Positions 19,447-28,242 of a DNA stretch of 62,283 nt are shown here, in pieces. The position numbers were made by a program, and so were the translations under genes. The stretch comes from an uncultured Bacilli bacterium (lineage in GTDB: Bacteria; Bacillota_I; Bacilli_A; RF39; UBA660). A model generated the notes under the pieces. The model saw only the letters and a program-made list of their open reading frames with translations. It did no database searches and was not told the DNA's origin. Numbering within the stretch: position 1 is the stretch's first letter; each line of letters starts with the position of its first letter. The stretch is taken from positions 1-62,283 of the forward strand of contig CAJUNG010000003.1 in the NCBI GenBank assembly GCA_910587725.1, written 5' to 3'.

Positions 19447-20127
19447 TCACGATTTTTCTGGTTCTTTTTTTATTTCGCTCTGAATCACCCAACTAGCAAT
19501 CAACATTCCAGCAACTCCTGGAACAAAACTACAACTAGGAATTTCTTTACCGTTGGTTCGAATCGGCTCTTCACTACTAGCAAGAACCGTAATCTTACCA
19601 CGAATCCATTCGTCTTTCACAAACTTTCTTAAAATTCTAGCAATTGGGTCATAACTTGTTTTATCTAATGTCGTAATCATTAACTTGCTAGGGTCTAAAC
19701 GTTTTCCCGTTCCCATCGAGGTAATAAAAGGAATCTGTCGAACCTTACAATGTTTAATCATCGACTGTTTCGCCTGAATATCATCACAAGCATCAATCAC
19801 ATAATCCGGTTTATAGGTATCAAAAAGAATTGGGTCATACTTCTCCTGAATGGGAATCACCAATGTATCAGAAAAAGAAGAAATTCTTTCTTTAAATGCT
19901 TCTACTTTGCTTTTTCCTAAATTTTCTTTTGTGGCAATCAACTGACGATTAAAATTAGAAATATCCACTGTATCATAATCGACTAAAATCAAAGACCGAA
20001 CACCACTCCTTGCCAAAGATTCTGCAGCGTAACCTCCAACGCCTCCAATTCCAATAATCATCACATTGATATCACGAATCTTTGAAAAATTGCTAGATCC
20101 TATTAAGGATTCAAATCTTTCATACAT
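19447..20127 (-). CDS. tcdA: tRNA threonylcarbamoyladenosine dehydratase (ThiF/MoeB-family, YrvM/TcdA-like)
   Basis: Rossmann motif IIGIGGVGGYAAESLARSG..LILVDYDTVDISNFNRQ. ATG 20127 fits RBS GAGGTGA (track ORF extends to 20190). Confidence 0.8.
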   Translation of the reverse strand: MYERFESLIGSSNFSKIRDINVMIIGIGGVGGYAAESLARSGVRSLILVDYDTVDISNFNRQLIATKENLGKSKVEAFKERISSFSDTLVIPIQEKYDPILFDTYKPDYVIDACDDIQAKQSMIKHCKVRQIPFITSMGTGKRLDPSKLMITTLDKTSYDPIARILRKFVKDEWIRGKITVLASSEEPIRTNGKEIPSCSFVPGVAGMLIASWVIQSEIKKEPEKS

Positions 20128-20335
20128 AGCCATCACCTCAAAAATTAAAAAAATCCAGACGGACCGTTGTGTACTTGATAAAACCTGCATCTCGCAGGTG
20201 GGTACTCATAACGAAACAATCAGGATTCTTTGAATGATCAAAGCGTTCAACACATGTTCACGATTCTTCGAGTTCCCTTATCTAAAACTTAGTCGGTTTT
20301 ATAAAAGTTACACATATCGTATCCTCTAGATATTT
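20128..20335 (-). other. Candidate structured RNA (cis leader of tcdA or a small RNA); family unassigned
   Basis: Extended -10 TGcTATACT at about 20338..20346 on the minus strand. Nested helices are GATAA/TTATC, GGGAACTC/GAGTACCC, CGAAGAAUCGUGA/UCCUGAUUGUUUCG (with G-U pairs that work only on the minus strand), the terminal hairpin CTTTGAtcatTCAAAG and the side hairpin ACCTGCgagatGCAGGT. Confidence 0.3.
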
Positions 20336-20440
20336 ATAGTATAGCATATAATTTTAAAAATAGTACAAATTTAGCTAATTGTAAACAAAAAAAGAAGAAA
20401 GTTTTATCATCTACAGAATAAAATACACTAGGTGATTATC

Positions 20441-21205
20441 ATGATTTTCAAATATAAAGATATTTCTCTCTACTATGAAAAAAAAGGAATCGGAAAAGAA
20501 GAGCTAGTAATTCTTCCTGGTTGGGGAGATACAAGACCTAGTTGGAACTTTTTGATTAATCTTTTAGCGGATTACTACACAATCTATACAGTAGATTATC
20601 CAGGGTTTGGAAATACTTCCTTCCCCTCTCACGACTTAACGATTTACGATTATACAGAATTAATTAATGCCTGGTTACAATCTCTAGAACTTACTAATCC
20701 AACACTCCTAGGTCATTCTTTTGGCGGACGAATACTAATTGCCCTTACCGGGTACTATCAATATCCATATAAAAAATTAATTCTAATGAATGCTGCAGGA
20801 ATTAAACCTAAGAAAACATTCAAAGCCAAAATAAGAACAATGTGTTATAAGTTTTTAAGAAAGTTAACGAAAATATTTCCGAAAAAAATACAAAAGAAAT
20901 GGCAAGAAAAATTATTCTCCCATTTCTCATCAGAAGACTATAAACTGTTACCGATATCAATGAGAAAAACTTTTCAAAATATCGTCAATGAAGATTTATC
21001 GATTTATTTAAAGAATATTCAAGCACAGACACTGATTCTTTGGGGAAATAATGACACTTCTACCCCAATTCATGATGCATATTTAATGAAAAAGGAAATT
21101 CCAAATGCAAGCTTAATCAGTTTCAAAAATAGTGGACATTTTCTATATTTAGAAAAATTCCAACAAACTTTAGAACAAATTGTAAAATTCGTAGAAAAAG
21201 AGTGA
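20441..21205 (+). CDS. Alpha/beta hydrolase
   Basis: Nucleophile elbow GHSFGG and a late His in SGHF. ATG 20441 follows RBS AGGTGA at 5 nt (track start GTG 20432). Confidence 0.85.
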   Translation: MIFKYKDISLYYEKKGIGKEELVILPGWGDTRPSWNFLINLLADYYTIYTVDYPGFGNTSFPSHDLTIYDYTELINAWLQSLELTNPTLLGHSFGGRILIALTGYYQYPYKKLILMNAAGIKPKKTFKAKIRTMCYKFLRKLTKIFPKKIQKKWQEKLFSHFSSEDYKLLPISMRKTFQNIVNEDLSIYLKNIQAQTLILWGNNDTSTPIHDAYLMKKEIPNASLISFKNSGHFLYLEKFQQTLEQIVKFVEKE

Positions 21206-21209
21206 AAAC

Positions 21210-22583
21210 TCATTCCACTCTTGTAATTTTAGCAAAACCGTCCCCATTATTCCCTACTTGAAAAGAAAAACCATCATGCGTCGGTTGGCCTACAAATTCT
21301 TGTTTTTCCGTCGTCCATTGATATCCTTTACCATCAATCATCATAGTATCTGTAAATCGATATCCTGAATAATGATAAGAACATTGAATATCCGTCGTTC
21401 CATCACTACAACCAGTCTTTGGCGTAATATCTTCTGCACTAGTAATCGCAACACATCCATTATGACCAGAAATATAAGAAGAGCCTCCGCCACCAGAAGG
21501 ATTGGAGTTTCCCCCATAATATCCCCCAGCACCAGGATGATAACTACGACTCCAAGAAATAGAGGCGCCAATACCAAAGCTACCACTTTTACTACCGACC
21601 TTTACAGAATTGGGTGTTGTTGCCGCCTCCCCGCCTTTTGTTTGCGTTGCCGAAGAATTAGGATACCAATAAGTATCTGTTGCATAGGAACGTAATCCTC
21701 CAGCATCTCCGCCATATTCTCCAGAACCATCAGAAAAAGTTCCTCCAGCAGCACCAGCTACCATAATTCGACTAGCAAGGGAAGAAGTCGAATTCCAAGA
21801 ATCAAGAACAAGACGAATATCAGTTGCACCACCACTTCCTGCCGCCAAAGTTAAATCCGACATCATATGACAACAGTTAAATAATTTCCCGCTTCCTCCA
21901 ACATAAACATAAAACTTACTTCCCTTAGTAAGAGAAATAATTCCTGAAGTATAAGCCCCATAAGCTGGAAATCGTAAAGTATAGGAATTATACCCGTTAT
22001 TTCCACTAGCTCCCCAAAGTTCTATCTTATAATTTCCTGAAACAGGTACGGTAAATATTTGAGGCTCCCCTGTATAAGAATAAGTAAAATATTTCGGAAC
22101 AATCTCCTGAGATAAAGAAAGTTGTCCATCTTTTAATCCTAAAGGATTAGAAACAAGTCCTGAAATCGTACCAAATTCTACTTGTACTGCTTCGTTAGAA
22201 AAATTATTAAATAAAATGGAAATCTCTTTCGTTTCCTCCCCTTGTATCACACCCGTCGTATAATCAACAGTATCCACTAAATATCCACCTTCAAAACTAC
22301 CATCACTAATATTCGTCAACAATTGATAATAAAGTTGATATTTTGTATCAATAGGATTCTTACTAATCAATTTTAAAGAAAGAGAAAAAGTAGAACGAGG
22401 GGCAACAGTAATTTGATTCACTTCACCAATTTCTAAAGAATATTCTAATTCACCCACTTGAATATCGAAAGAACCGCCCTCTATTTTATTCGAAAAAATC
22501 GCATAAGAAGAGGAAAAGAAAATTGTACAAAGGAAAATTGCACCAATACAAAAAATACCAATCACTTTACTTCGATTTTTCAA
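21210..22583 (-). CDS. Secreted protein with a TasA-like (SipW-cognate-type) N-terminus and an ALK/LTK-like glycine-rich domain
   Basis: TTG start with RBS AGGTGAG. The signal-like N-terminus ends SSSYAIFSNKIEGGSFDIQVGELEYSL (compare TasA TWAAFND...ASGTLDLS). The Gly-rich domain reads FTVPVSGNYKIELWGASGNNGY ... FYVYVGGSGK ... AGSGGATDIRL ... VAGAAGGT ... GAGGYYGG ... GNNGDGFAKIT. Confidence 0.85.
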   Translation of the reverse strand: MKNRSKVIGIFCIGAIFLCTIFFSSSYAIFSNKIEGGSFDIQVGELEYSLEIGEVNQITVAPRSTFSLSLKLISKNPIDTKYQLYYQLLTNISDGSFEGGYLVDTVDYTTGVIQGEETKEISILFNNFSNEAVQVEFGTISGLVSNPLGLKDGQLSLSQEIVPKYFTYSYTGEPQIFTVPVSGNYKIELWGASGNNGYNSYTLRFPAYGAYTSGIISLTKGSKFYVYVGGSGKLFNCCHMMSDLTLAAGSGGATDIRLVLDSWNSTSSLASRIMVAGAAGGTFSDGSGEYGGDAGGLRSYATDTYWYPNSSATQTKGGEAATTPNSVKVGSKSGSFGIGASISWSRSYHPGAGGYYGGNSNPSGGGGSSYISGHNGCVAITSAEDITPKTGCSDGTTDIQCSYHYSGYRFTDTMMIDGKGYQWTTEKQEFVGQPTHDGFSFQVGNNGDGFAKITRVE

Positions 22584-22644
22584 AAATACTCACCTAACTT
22601 CACTTTGAACATAAAACTTTGAAATCGCCTTATGATATAGAAAT

Positions 22645-22676
22645 ATTATACCCCCCCCCCCAGGCATTTTTGTCAA
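22645..22676 (-). promoter_or_regulatory. Consensus sigma-A promoter with a poly-G tract in the spacer (candidate phase-variable promoter)
   Basis: Minus strand reads TTGACA (22671..22676), aaaatgcct plus G11, then TATAAT (22645..22650). The spacer is 20 nt. The promoter lies about 60 nt upstream of TTG start 22583. Confidence 0.7.
22651..22661. repeat. 11-nt C/G homopolymer
   Basis: Eleven consecutive C on the plus strand. It is the only G/C homopolymer longer than 5 nt that I noticed in this AT-rich window. Confidence 0.95.
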
Positions 22677-22805
22677 TAAAAAAATATTCCCAATAGATGT
22701 ATTCCCAGAATTAACATTATTCATAAAAGAATAGTATCTACAAACGTTATAGCAATTCCTTCTAGATTAGCGTTTTTATAAATATTATCTACCAATTTTC
22801 TTTTA

Positions 22806-22850
22806 ACAAAAAAAATAGATTATCCTCTTTTTGCTATAGGATATCTATTT
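22806..22850 (-). terminator. Rho-independent terminator of ftsK
   Basis: Minus strand reads AAATAGATATCCTatagcaaaaagAGGATAATCTATTT followed by TTTTTG. Confidence 0.7.
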
Positions 22851-22877
22851 TTCACTACATCACTTCTTTTAAAGCTT

Positions 22878-25181
22878 TTATTCTTCTTCTAATTTGATTA
22901 ATACTTCCCTTGGTTTAGAACCATTAGCAGGACCTACAATTCCACGTTCTTCTAATAAATCAATAATTCTTGCCGCACGATTGTAACCAAGTTTGAATCT
23001 TCTTTGTAAAAGAGAAGAACTTGCTTTTCCTGTAGTTACCACAAACTCAACAATATCATTATAAAGTGGGTCATCATACTCTTCTTCTGCACTGGTTACA
23101 TCATCTACCCCAGGACGGTCATTCGATTCTAAATTCAACCATTTTTCATCAAATTGCGCTTTTTGTTGACCAACAGTATAATCTACGATTTTTTCCAAAT
23201 CTTCATCACTGACCCATGCACCTTGTACACGAGTAGGAGAAATCTCTCCCATTGGGAAAAACAACATATCTCCTTTTCCCAAAAGTTTTTCAGCACCACT
23301 AGCATCTAATATCGTACGAGAATCGATTTGTGAAGATACGGCAAAAGATATACGTGATGGAATATTAGCTTTAACAACACCTGTAATAACATCGGTTGAA
23401 GGTCTTTGTGTAGCAACAATTAAGTGAATTCCTGCAGCACGTGCCATCTGTGTGATTCTCATAATCGAATCCTCTACTTCTTTACTAGCAACCAACATTA
23501 AATCCGCAAGCTCGTCGATAATTACAACAATATATTGCATATGAGGAATTTTCTCTTCCTCTTCTTCAATACCTTCATTTTGCTTATCTACCCAAGCATT
23601 ATAAGTAGCGATATTTTTTACATTCTTTTCGCTAAATTTATCATAACGAATCTCCATTTCATGGACAATCTTTTTAAGTGCCTCACTCGCCTTTTTAGGA
23701 TCAGTAACAACAGGCATCAAAAGATGAGGAATTCCATTATACATCGAAAGTTCTACCTTTTTGGGGTCAACTAATACAAGTCTTACTTCATTTGGTTTCG
23801 TCCGCATCAAAATAGAGGCAATAATACAGTTAATACAGACAGATTTTCCAGACCCTGTTGCTCCGGCAACTAGTAAGTGAGGAGTTTTATCGATATCACA
23901 ACAAATACTTCTTCCCATGATATCTTTTCCAAGACCTACTAAAAGTTTATTTGTACTTCCCTTTGCTCGGTCAGACTCTAAAATTTCCCGAAGCCCTACC
24001 ATCATAATCGAATCATTCGCAAGTTCAATTCCCACGGTACTTTTCCCAGGAATCGGTGCTTGAATACGAACATCTTTCTTCGCTAAAGCCAAAGAAATTT
24101 CACGATTTAGTCCTAAAATTTTACTTACCTTTGTACCAGAAGAAATCTCTAATTCATACTGAGTAACACTAGGTCCTACATTAACTTCAACCACTTTTGC
24201 ATGAATACCAAAGTCTTGTAATACTTTTTCTAACTTTTCAATATTACGCTCTAATACCTCACTATTATTTCCATTCTTTTGTTTTTTTACTGGACTAATT
24301 AATGACAATGCTGGTAACTTATATTCATGATTAATATGATAATGAATTTCTGGCTTTTTCTCTTCTTCTTCGATTACTGCTTCTTGGAGCACATTGATAT
24401 GAGGTTTTGGAATTTGCATTGTATTATCTTCTTTTACTCTAGTTAATTCATTAATATTATGAATTTTAATTTTTCCATCTTCTGATGCTTTAGTATCTAC
24501 AACTTCTTCTGGGATATCGACAATATTTTCTATATCTTGAGAAGAATCATTAACTCTAACGTTAGCCATTGTACCACTAAGTTTTTCATCTTTTTTCCGT
24601 TCTTTCTTATGGGCAAAAGCCTCTTTCATTCTCTCAAGTGGATTAAATCCTGTAAGTAGCACAGTTCCTACAAAAATTAAGACACCGGAAACGATATAAG
24701 TACCTTCCATAGCAAAAAGCTTATAAAATAAAATAGAAAAACTTGCCCCAATAATTCCAGCTCCCTTAAGGGTCAAAGGAACCGCTTTTAAGGTATTAGA
24801 AAAATTGGTCAATAAATTATCGACAGTATCTTTAATTACGGTTAATACATCCCCTTCGTTTGCAGTAATATAACTAACATGAGAAAGAACTAAAAAACCT
24901 AAACAAAGGGCATAAAAACCAACTTTACGAGAAGTAAAAAAGCTTGGCCACTTACGCTTTACAATTAGATAAAGTCCAAGCCATAATACTAAGACAATTA
25001 AAATTTGATAGGCAGTCCCTACCAAAAACATTGCAAAACTAGCAACAACTTCTCCGACAAATCCTAAAGGCTTAGGAGGAATACTTAAAACAGAAAGAAT
25101 AATTAAAACAAGCCCAATTAATTCTTCGGTATATTCGAATTTATTCTTTTTTGCATCTTTTCTTTTTTTCTTTTTTGCCAT
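22878..25181 (-). CDS. ftsK: DNA translocase FtsK/SpoIIIE
   Basis: Four N-terminal TM helices, a linker, motor domain with Walker A GATGSGKS and Walker B VVIIDELADL, and the gamma wHTH LLQRRFKLGYNRAARIIDLLEERGIV. Confidence 0.95.
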   Translation of the reverse strand: MAKKKKRKDAKKNKFEYTEELIGLVLIILSVLSIPPKPLGFVGEVVASFAMFLVGTAYQILIVLVLWLGLYLIVKRKWPSFFTSRKVGFYALCLGFLVLSHVSYITANEGDVLTVIKDTVDNLLTNFSNTLKAVPLTLKGAGIIGASFSILFYKLFAMEGTYIVSGVLIFVGTVLLTGFNPLERMKEAFAHKKERKKDEKLSGTMANVRVNDSSQDIENIVDIPEEVVDTKASEDGKIKIHNINELTRVKEDNTMQIPKPHINVLQEAVIEEEEKKPEIHYHINHEYKLPALSLISPVKKQKNGNNSEVLERNIEKLEKVLQDFGIHAKVVEVNVGPSVTQYELEISSGTKVSKILGLNREISLALAKKDVRIQAPIPGKSTVGIELANDSIMMVGLREILESDRAKGSTNKLLVGLGKDIMGRSICCDIDKTPHLLVAGATGSGKSVCINCIIASILMRTKPNEVRLVLVDPKKVELSMYNGIPHLLMPVVTDPKKASEALKKIVHEMEIRYDKFSEKNVKNIATYNAWVDKQNEGIEEEEEKIPHMQYIVVIIDELADLMLVASKEVEDSIMRITQMARAAGIHLIVATQRPSTDVITGVVKANIPSRISFAVSSQIDSRTILDASGAEKLLGKGDMLFFPMGEISPTRVQGAWVSDEDLEKIVDYTVGQQKAQFDEKWLNLESNDRPGVDDVTSAEEEYDDPLYNDIVEFVVTTGKASSSLLQRRFKLGYNRAARIIDLLEERGIVGPANGSKPREVLIKLEEE

Positions 25182-25289
25182 AATTCTATCTACACCTCTT
25201 ACTCTATATATCTAGATTATAGCATTAATTTGATAATTTTAATACCTGTTTTACAAAAATTGACAGCAATTTACGAAAACAAAAAGAGG

Positions 25290-27236
25290 CTATGCCCCTA
25301 ATTCTATTTCATATGGATGTTCATATGTTCCATCCCCTGTATTATCCTTTGCAATAACAACGTTTGACTTTAGATATAGAGATGGACGAACCGCTAGTGC
25401 GGTATCTGAACTAGAATAACTTGAACTACCATACCAAAGTATATTCCTAACGAAACGTGCAGAATCTGGTGTCAATGTCCAAAAATTAATTTTTGTTCCT
25501 CTTGTAATATGACTAGTAAACATTTCTCCTATACGAGGAAGTCCTATATAAACATCTATTTCGTTAGAAAGTTTTTCACAATCTAAAGCAGAAATACCGC
25601 TATTAACCACTTGACAAATACTTGATTTATAATTTCCCCCACTAAATACAGTCCCAAAATACCAATTTTTACTCACTTCTACCATATTTTTTGCTTTATC
25701 CTCTAAGTTCGAATAATAATTATTATATATATTTGTCCTAATTCGAGCGGTTGCAAAACTTGTCTTATACTCAGCATTATCAAATTTCATTTCTCCCAAT
25801 CCACTTGGAATATCCACCGCAGTTACTTTCGTAAGCCCCTCTTCCACTCCAACAATCCGATATAATTCATTATTAAATTTTACATATTCCCCACTATATC
25901 TCGTCGAAAATAAGGTCACACCTGCTATAATCTCTTGTTCATCATCCATTAACTTAAAAGGATCCGAAATACTTCCATTTCCCGATACAATGCGAATATC
26001 GGATTTCAGATTCACAGATGGACGAATCGAATGAGCGCCTGCTGGACTATAATTCTGACTATAGTTATTCTTATTATAATCCCCTGTATCGCTCACAAAC
26101 CAAACAGTAGAGGAGGAACTTAGCGTCATCAACCACCACTGCGTACTATTATTCAAATATCCTGTAGAAGCAATTGCCATGCCCTCGGAATTATTATAGG
26201 TCGTATAATACTCGTATACATTCAAAAGTCCTACAGTTCTTTCTACTTTAGTTACTCCATTTGGTCTTATTGGCACAGAAAGAGTATTTAATCCCGTAGC
26301 ATCCCATATGAAATTTGTTACCAAGTAATCCTCATAATGATGAAGCGTTGGTAAAAACTCTTGATTTAACCATTGGTCCACAAAACTATTCTCAAAATTA
26401 GGTTGATTAACTGAATTATAAGGAATTGCCGTTATTGCATTATCCGTCACCATCTTAACAGCACCAGTTTCATTATTTTTTAATACTACTCTCCATAGTT
26501 TTCCGGAATACCAAATATAATTATTTGCACATTGTCCAACTAAAAATGTATCTACTCCATCATCATAAGTCGTACAATTCTCTCCTAAATTCTCACTTGC
26601 AAATACCTTATCTGTTGCAGGTTCTCCACTTGGTTCTGGAGTTGAAGTTGGCGTTGGATTATCAACGTCCCCCGATGTTTGCTCGATTTCTACTTTAAAA
26701 CTTAAACTTTTTCCAGCAATCCGTGCGTCATCTTCTACACTATCCTTTATCCATAAACGAAGAGCATATTCAATCGTTTGATTTCCCAAAATTACTCCAC
26801 TATTTATCGTATTATCTTGTAAATCTGAAAGTAAGTGAATAGTAACTTGTCCATCTTTTGTAAGTCCACATTTCACGTCTTCTAAGAATAGTTTCTCACC
26901 ACTAGTAATATCTGCTAGTTTCAAAATATAATTTGTGTCTTGTAAGGTTTTGTTAATTAATCGAAAAGTAAAAGCATTCCCTATCATTCCTACTTCATCA
27001 TAAGTTGGAAATGCATCTACTATCGTTAAATTATTATCATCTTCTTGTAATTCTAAAGATAAGTTACCAACATTGATGACTTGTTTCTTTGTTCCGGTTA
27101 AAGCCCGATTCGTGAAGGCATACGTAATTCCTAAGAAAACAACGAAAATACCTGTAATCAAAAGACCTACACTTACAAGTTTTTTCGTTCTATCTAATTT
27201 TTGTTGCCCACCCCCGAACGTATTTTTGTCTTCCAT
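25290..27236 (-). CDS. Secreted/surface protein with a TasA-like (SipW-cognate-type) N-terminus and two C-terminal repeats ending RPS.xLKS
   Basis: RBS AAAGGAGGAAG. The hydrophobic segment ends GITYAFTNRALTGTKKQVINVGNLSLEL. A PT-rich linker follows. Two about 190-aa repeats end in SIRPSVNLKSDIRIVSGNGSISDPF and AVRPSLYLKSNVVIAKDNTGDGTYEHPY. Confidence 0.8.
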   Translation of the reverse strand: MEDKNTFGGGQQKLDRTKKLVSVGLLITGIFVVFLGITYAFTNRALTGTKKQVINVGNLSLELQEDDNNLTIVDAFPTYDEVGMIGNAFTFRLINKTLQDTNYILKLADITSGEKLFLEDVKCGLTKDGQVTIHLLSDLQDNTINSGVILGNQTIEYALRLWIKDSVEDDARIAGKSLSFKVEIEQTSGDVDNPTPTSTPEPSGEPATDKVFASENLGENCTTYDDGVDTFLVGQCANNYIWYSGKLWRVVLKNNETGAVKMVTDNAITAIPYNSVNQPNFENSFVDQWLNQEFLPTLHHYEDYLVTNFIWDATGLNTLSVPIRPNGVTKVERTVGLLNVYEYYTTYNNSEGMAIASTGYLNNSTQWWLMTLSSSSTVWFVSDTGDYNKNNYSQNYSPAGAHSIRPSVNLKSDIRIVSGNGSISDPFKLMDDEQEIIAGVTLFSTRYSGEYVKFNNELYRIVGVEEGLTKVTAVDIPSGLGEMKFDNAEYKTSFATARIRTNIYNNYYSNLEDKAKNMVEVSKNWYFGTVFSGGNYKSSICQVVNSGISALDCEKLSNEIDVYIGLPRIGEMFTSHITRGTKINFWTLTPDSARFVRNILWYGSSSYSSSDTALAVRPSLYLKSNVVIAKDNTGDGTYEHPYEIELGA

Positions 27237-27242
27237 ACTTCT

Positions 27243-27303
27243 TCCTCCTTTAATTGAAGAATAACACTTGTTACCCTCCTACGATAATAAAATAATATCA
27301 TAA
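27243..27303 (-). repeat. 61-nt leader repeat, copy A (5' UTR, uORF and SD of the 25290..27236 gene)
   Basis: Identical over 61 nt to 28527..28587. Similarity resumes in AATATTCAATA 8 nt further on. It contains SD AGGAGGG (27274..27280) and the mini-ORF GTG TTA TTC TTC AAT TAA (27250..27267), whose stop overlaps the main SD. Confidence 0.9.
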
Positions 27304-27320
27304 ACTAGAGAAATATTCAA
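27292..27320 (-). promoter_or_regulatory. Sigma-A-type promoter of the 25290..27236 gene
   Basis: Minus strand reads TTGAAT (27315..27320), a 17-nt spacer, then TATTAT (27292..27297). Both hexamers are conserved in repeat copy B. Confidence 0.5.
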
Positions 27321-27394
27321 TAAAAATGATTTGACAAATAATACATATTTGTATATATATAGCAAATACATTTAAAAGGAGAAAATCAAAATGG

Positions 27395-27422
27395 AGCAAA
27401 AGAAAATCGCATTTCTGCGATT
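27395..27422 (-). terminator. Rho-independent terminator of the 27421..28137 gene
   Basis: Minus strand reads AATCGCAgaaaTGCGATT followed by TTCTTTTG. The stem overlaps the stop codon. Confidence 0.7.
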
Positions 27423-28137
27423 AATTTCTTTTTTTACTTTTAAGATAATAAGACTGATCACATTTTCTTCCTATATAATTTTCAGCATGAATTTTATATT
27501 CAATTTCATATGGGGAAAAGATGGCAGTTTCATTTTGAATTTGTTTTATATAATTCATGATTGCTAACCTTTTTGAATTTAAACTTATTTTTCGTTGTAA
27601 AATTGAGTCTACGTAATCATTTGTCATATCATAATATTCATTTCTTATGTGGCATTTAATCATATCATTGAGTTCATTGACATTATCCAACGACATTATA
27701 AAATCCCAATATAAACCTTCAATTATAGGCATTATTGGTTCCATTTCAATATTAGTAATAATCTCTTGTACTTTTGGTTGGAATAATTCTAAAAATGTTT
27801 TTGAATGATTATTTTTTTCTTCTACTTGTACCTGTTTTGAAGAATTTAGTATGCCTCGTTCAGAAAGTAAAATAACTTTATTGAAATATTGCATTTTTAA
27901 TAGACCTCGCTTAGAATGTGATAATATTAATGATACTATATCCGATAATTCTAATGATTCAAATAATTTCTCCACTCGCTTAAAATGTTCGTCAGCTGAT
28001 AATGACATAAGACTAGATGAAAAAATTACATTCAAATCTATTCCTTTTATTTTGCTTTCTTCATTATTAACAATTGCAATGCCTTCTTTTAAAACAGATT
28101 CTAAAATTTGGATTTTTTGTACTTTTTCTTTCTCCAT
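27421..28137 (-). CDS. Hypothetical protein
   Basis: 238-aa ORF with RBS AAAGGAGAG 7 nt upstream, its own promoter and terminator, and no recognisable motifs. Confidence 0.7.
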   Translation of the reverse strand: MEKEKVQKIQILESVLKEGIAIVNNEESKIKGIDLNVIFSSSLMSLSADEHFKRVEKLFESLELSDIVSLILSHSKRGLLKMQYFNKVILLSERGILNSSKQVQVEEKNNHSKTFLELFQPKVQEIITNIEMEPIMPIIEGLYWDFIMSLDNVNELNDMIKCHIRNEYYDMTNDYVDSILQRKISLNSKRLAIMNYIKQIQNETAIFSPYEIEYKIHAENYIGRKCDQSYYLKSKKRN

Positions 28138-28213
28138 TTTGGTACTCTCCTTTCAAATATTAATTGTTATTCTACATCAAAATAGTATGTTTGTCAAATC
28201 AATTCGATGTTAG

Positions 28214-28242
28214 TTAATAGATACCCCTAGGCATTTTGTAAA
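28214..28242 (-). promoter_or_regulatory. Sigma-A-type promoter of the 27421..28137 gene; paralogous to the poly-G promoter module
   Basis: Minus strand reads TTTACA (28237..28242), a 17-nt spacer, then TATTAA (28214..28219). The spacer aaatgcctaggggtatc shares ACAAAATGCCT.GGGGTAT with 22645..22676. Confidence 0.5.

Noticed and set aside
20128-20335. Specific assignment of the tcdA-upstream structured region as 6S RNA or as a known riboswitch class.
   Set aside because: I found no T-box, SAM, TPP, purine or c-di-AMP consensus and no convincing 6S central bubble. The region is kept only as an unassigned candidate pending an Rfam scan.
27391-27564. A 57-codon plus-strand ORF (MEQKKIAFLRLISFF...) with an AAAGGAG-like SD and an upstream TTGACA-17-TATATA. 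It was considered as a type I toxin-like small hydrophobic protein.
   Set aside because: It reads straight through the hairpin that is the rho-independent terminator of the convergent 27421..28137 gene, and it is antisense to that gene's 3' end. Hydrophobic Phe/Ile-rich ORFs are expected antisense products in AT-rich DNA. It remains only a remote possibility.
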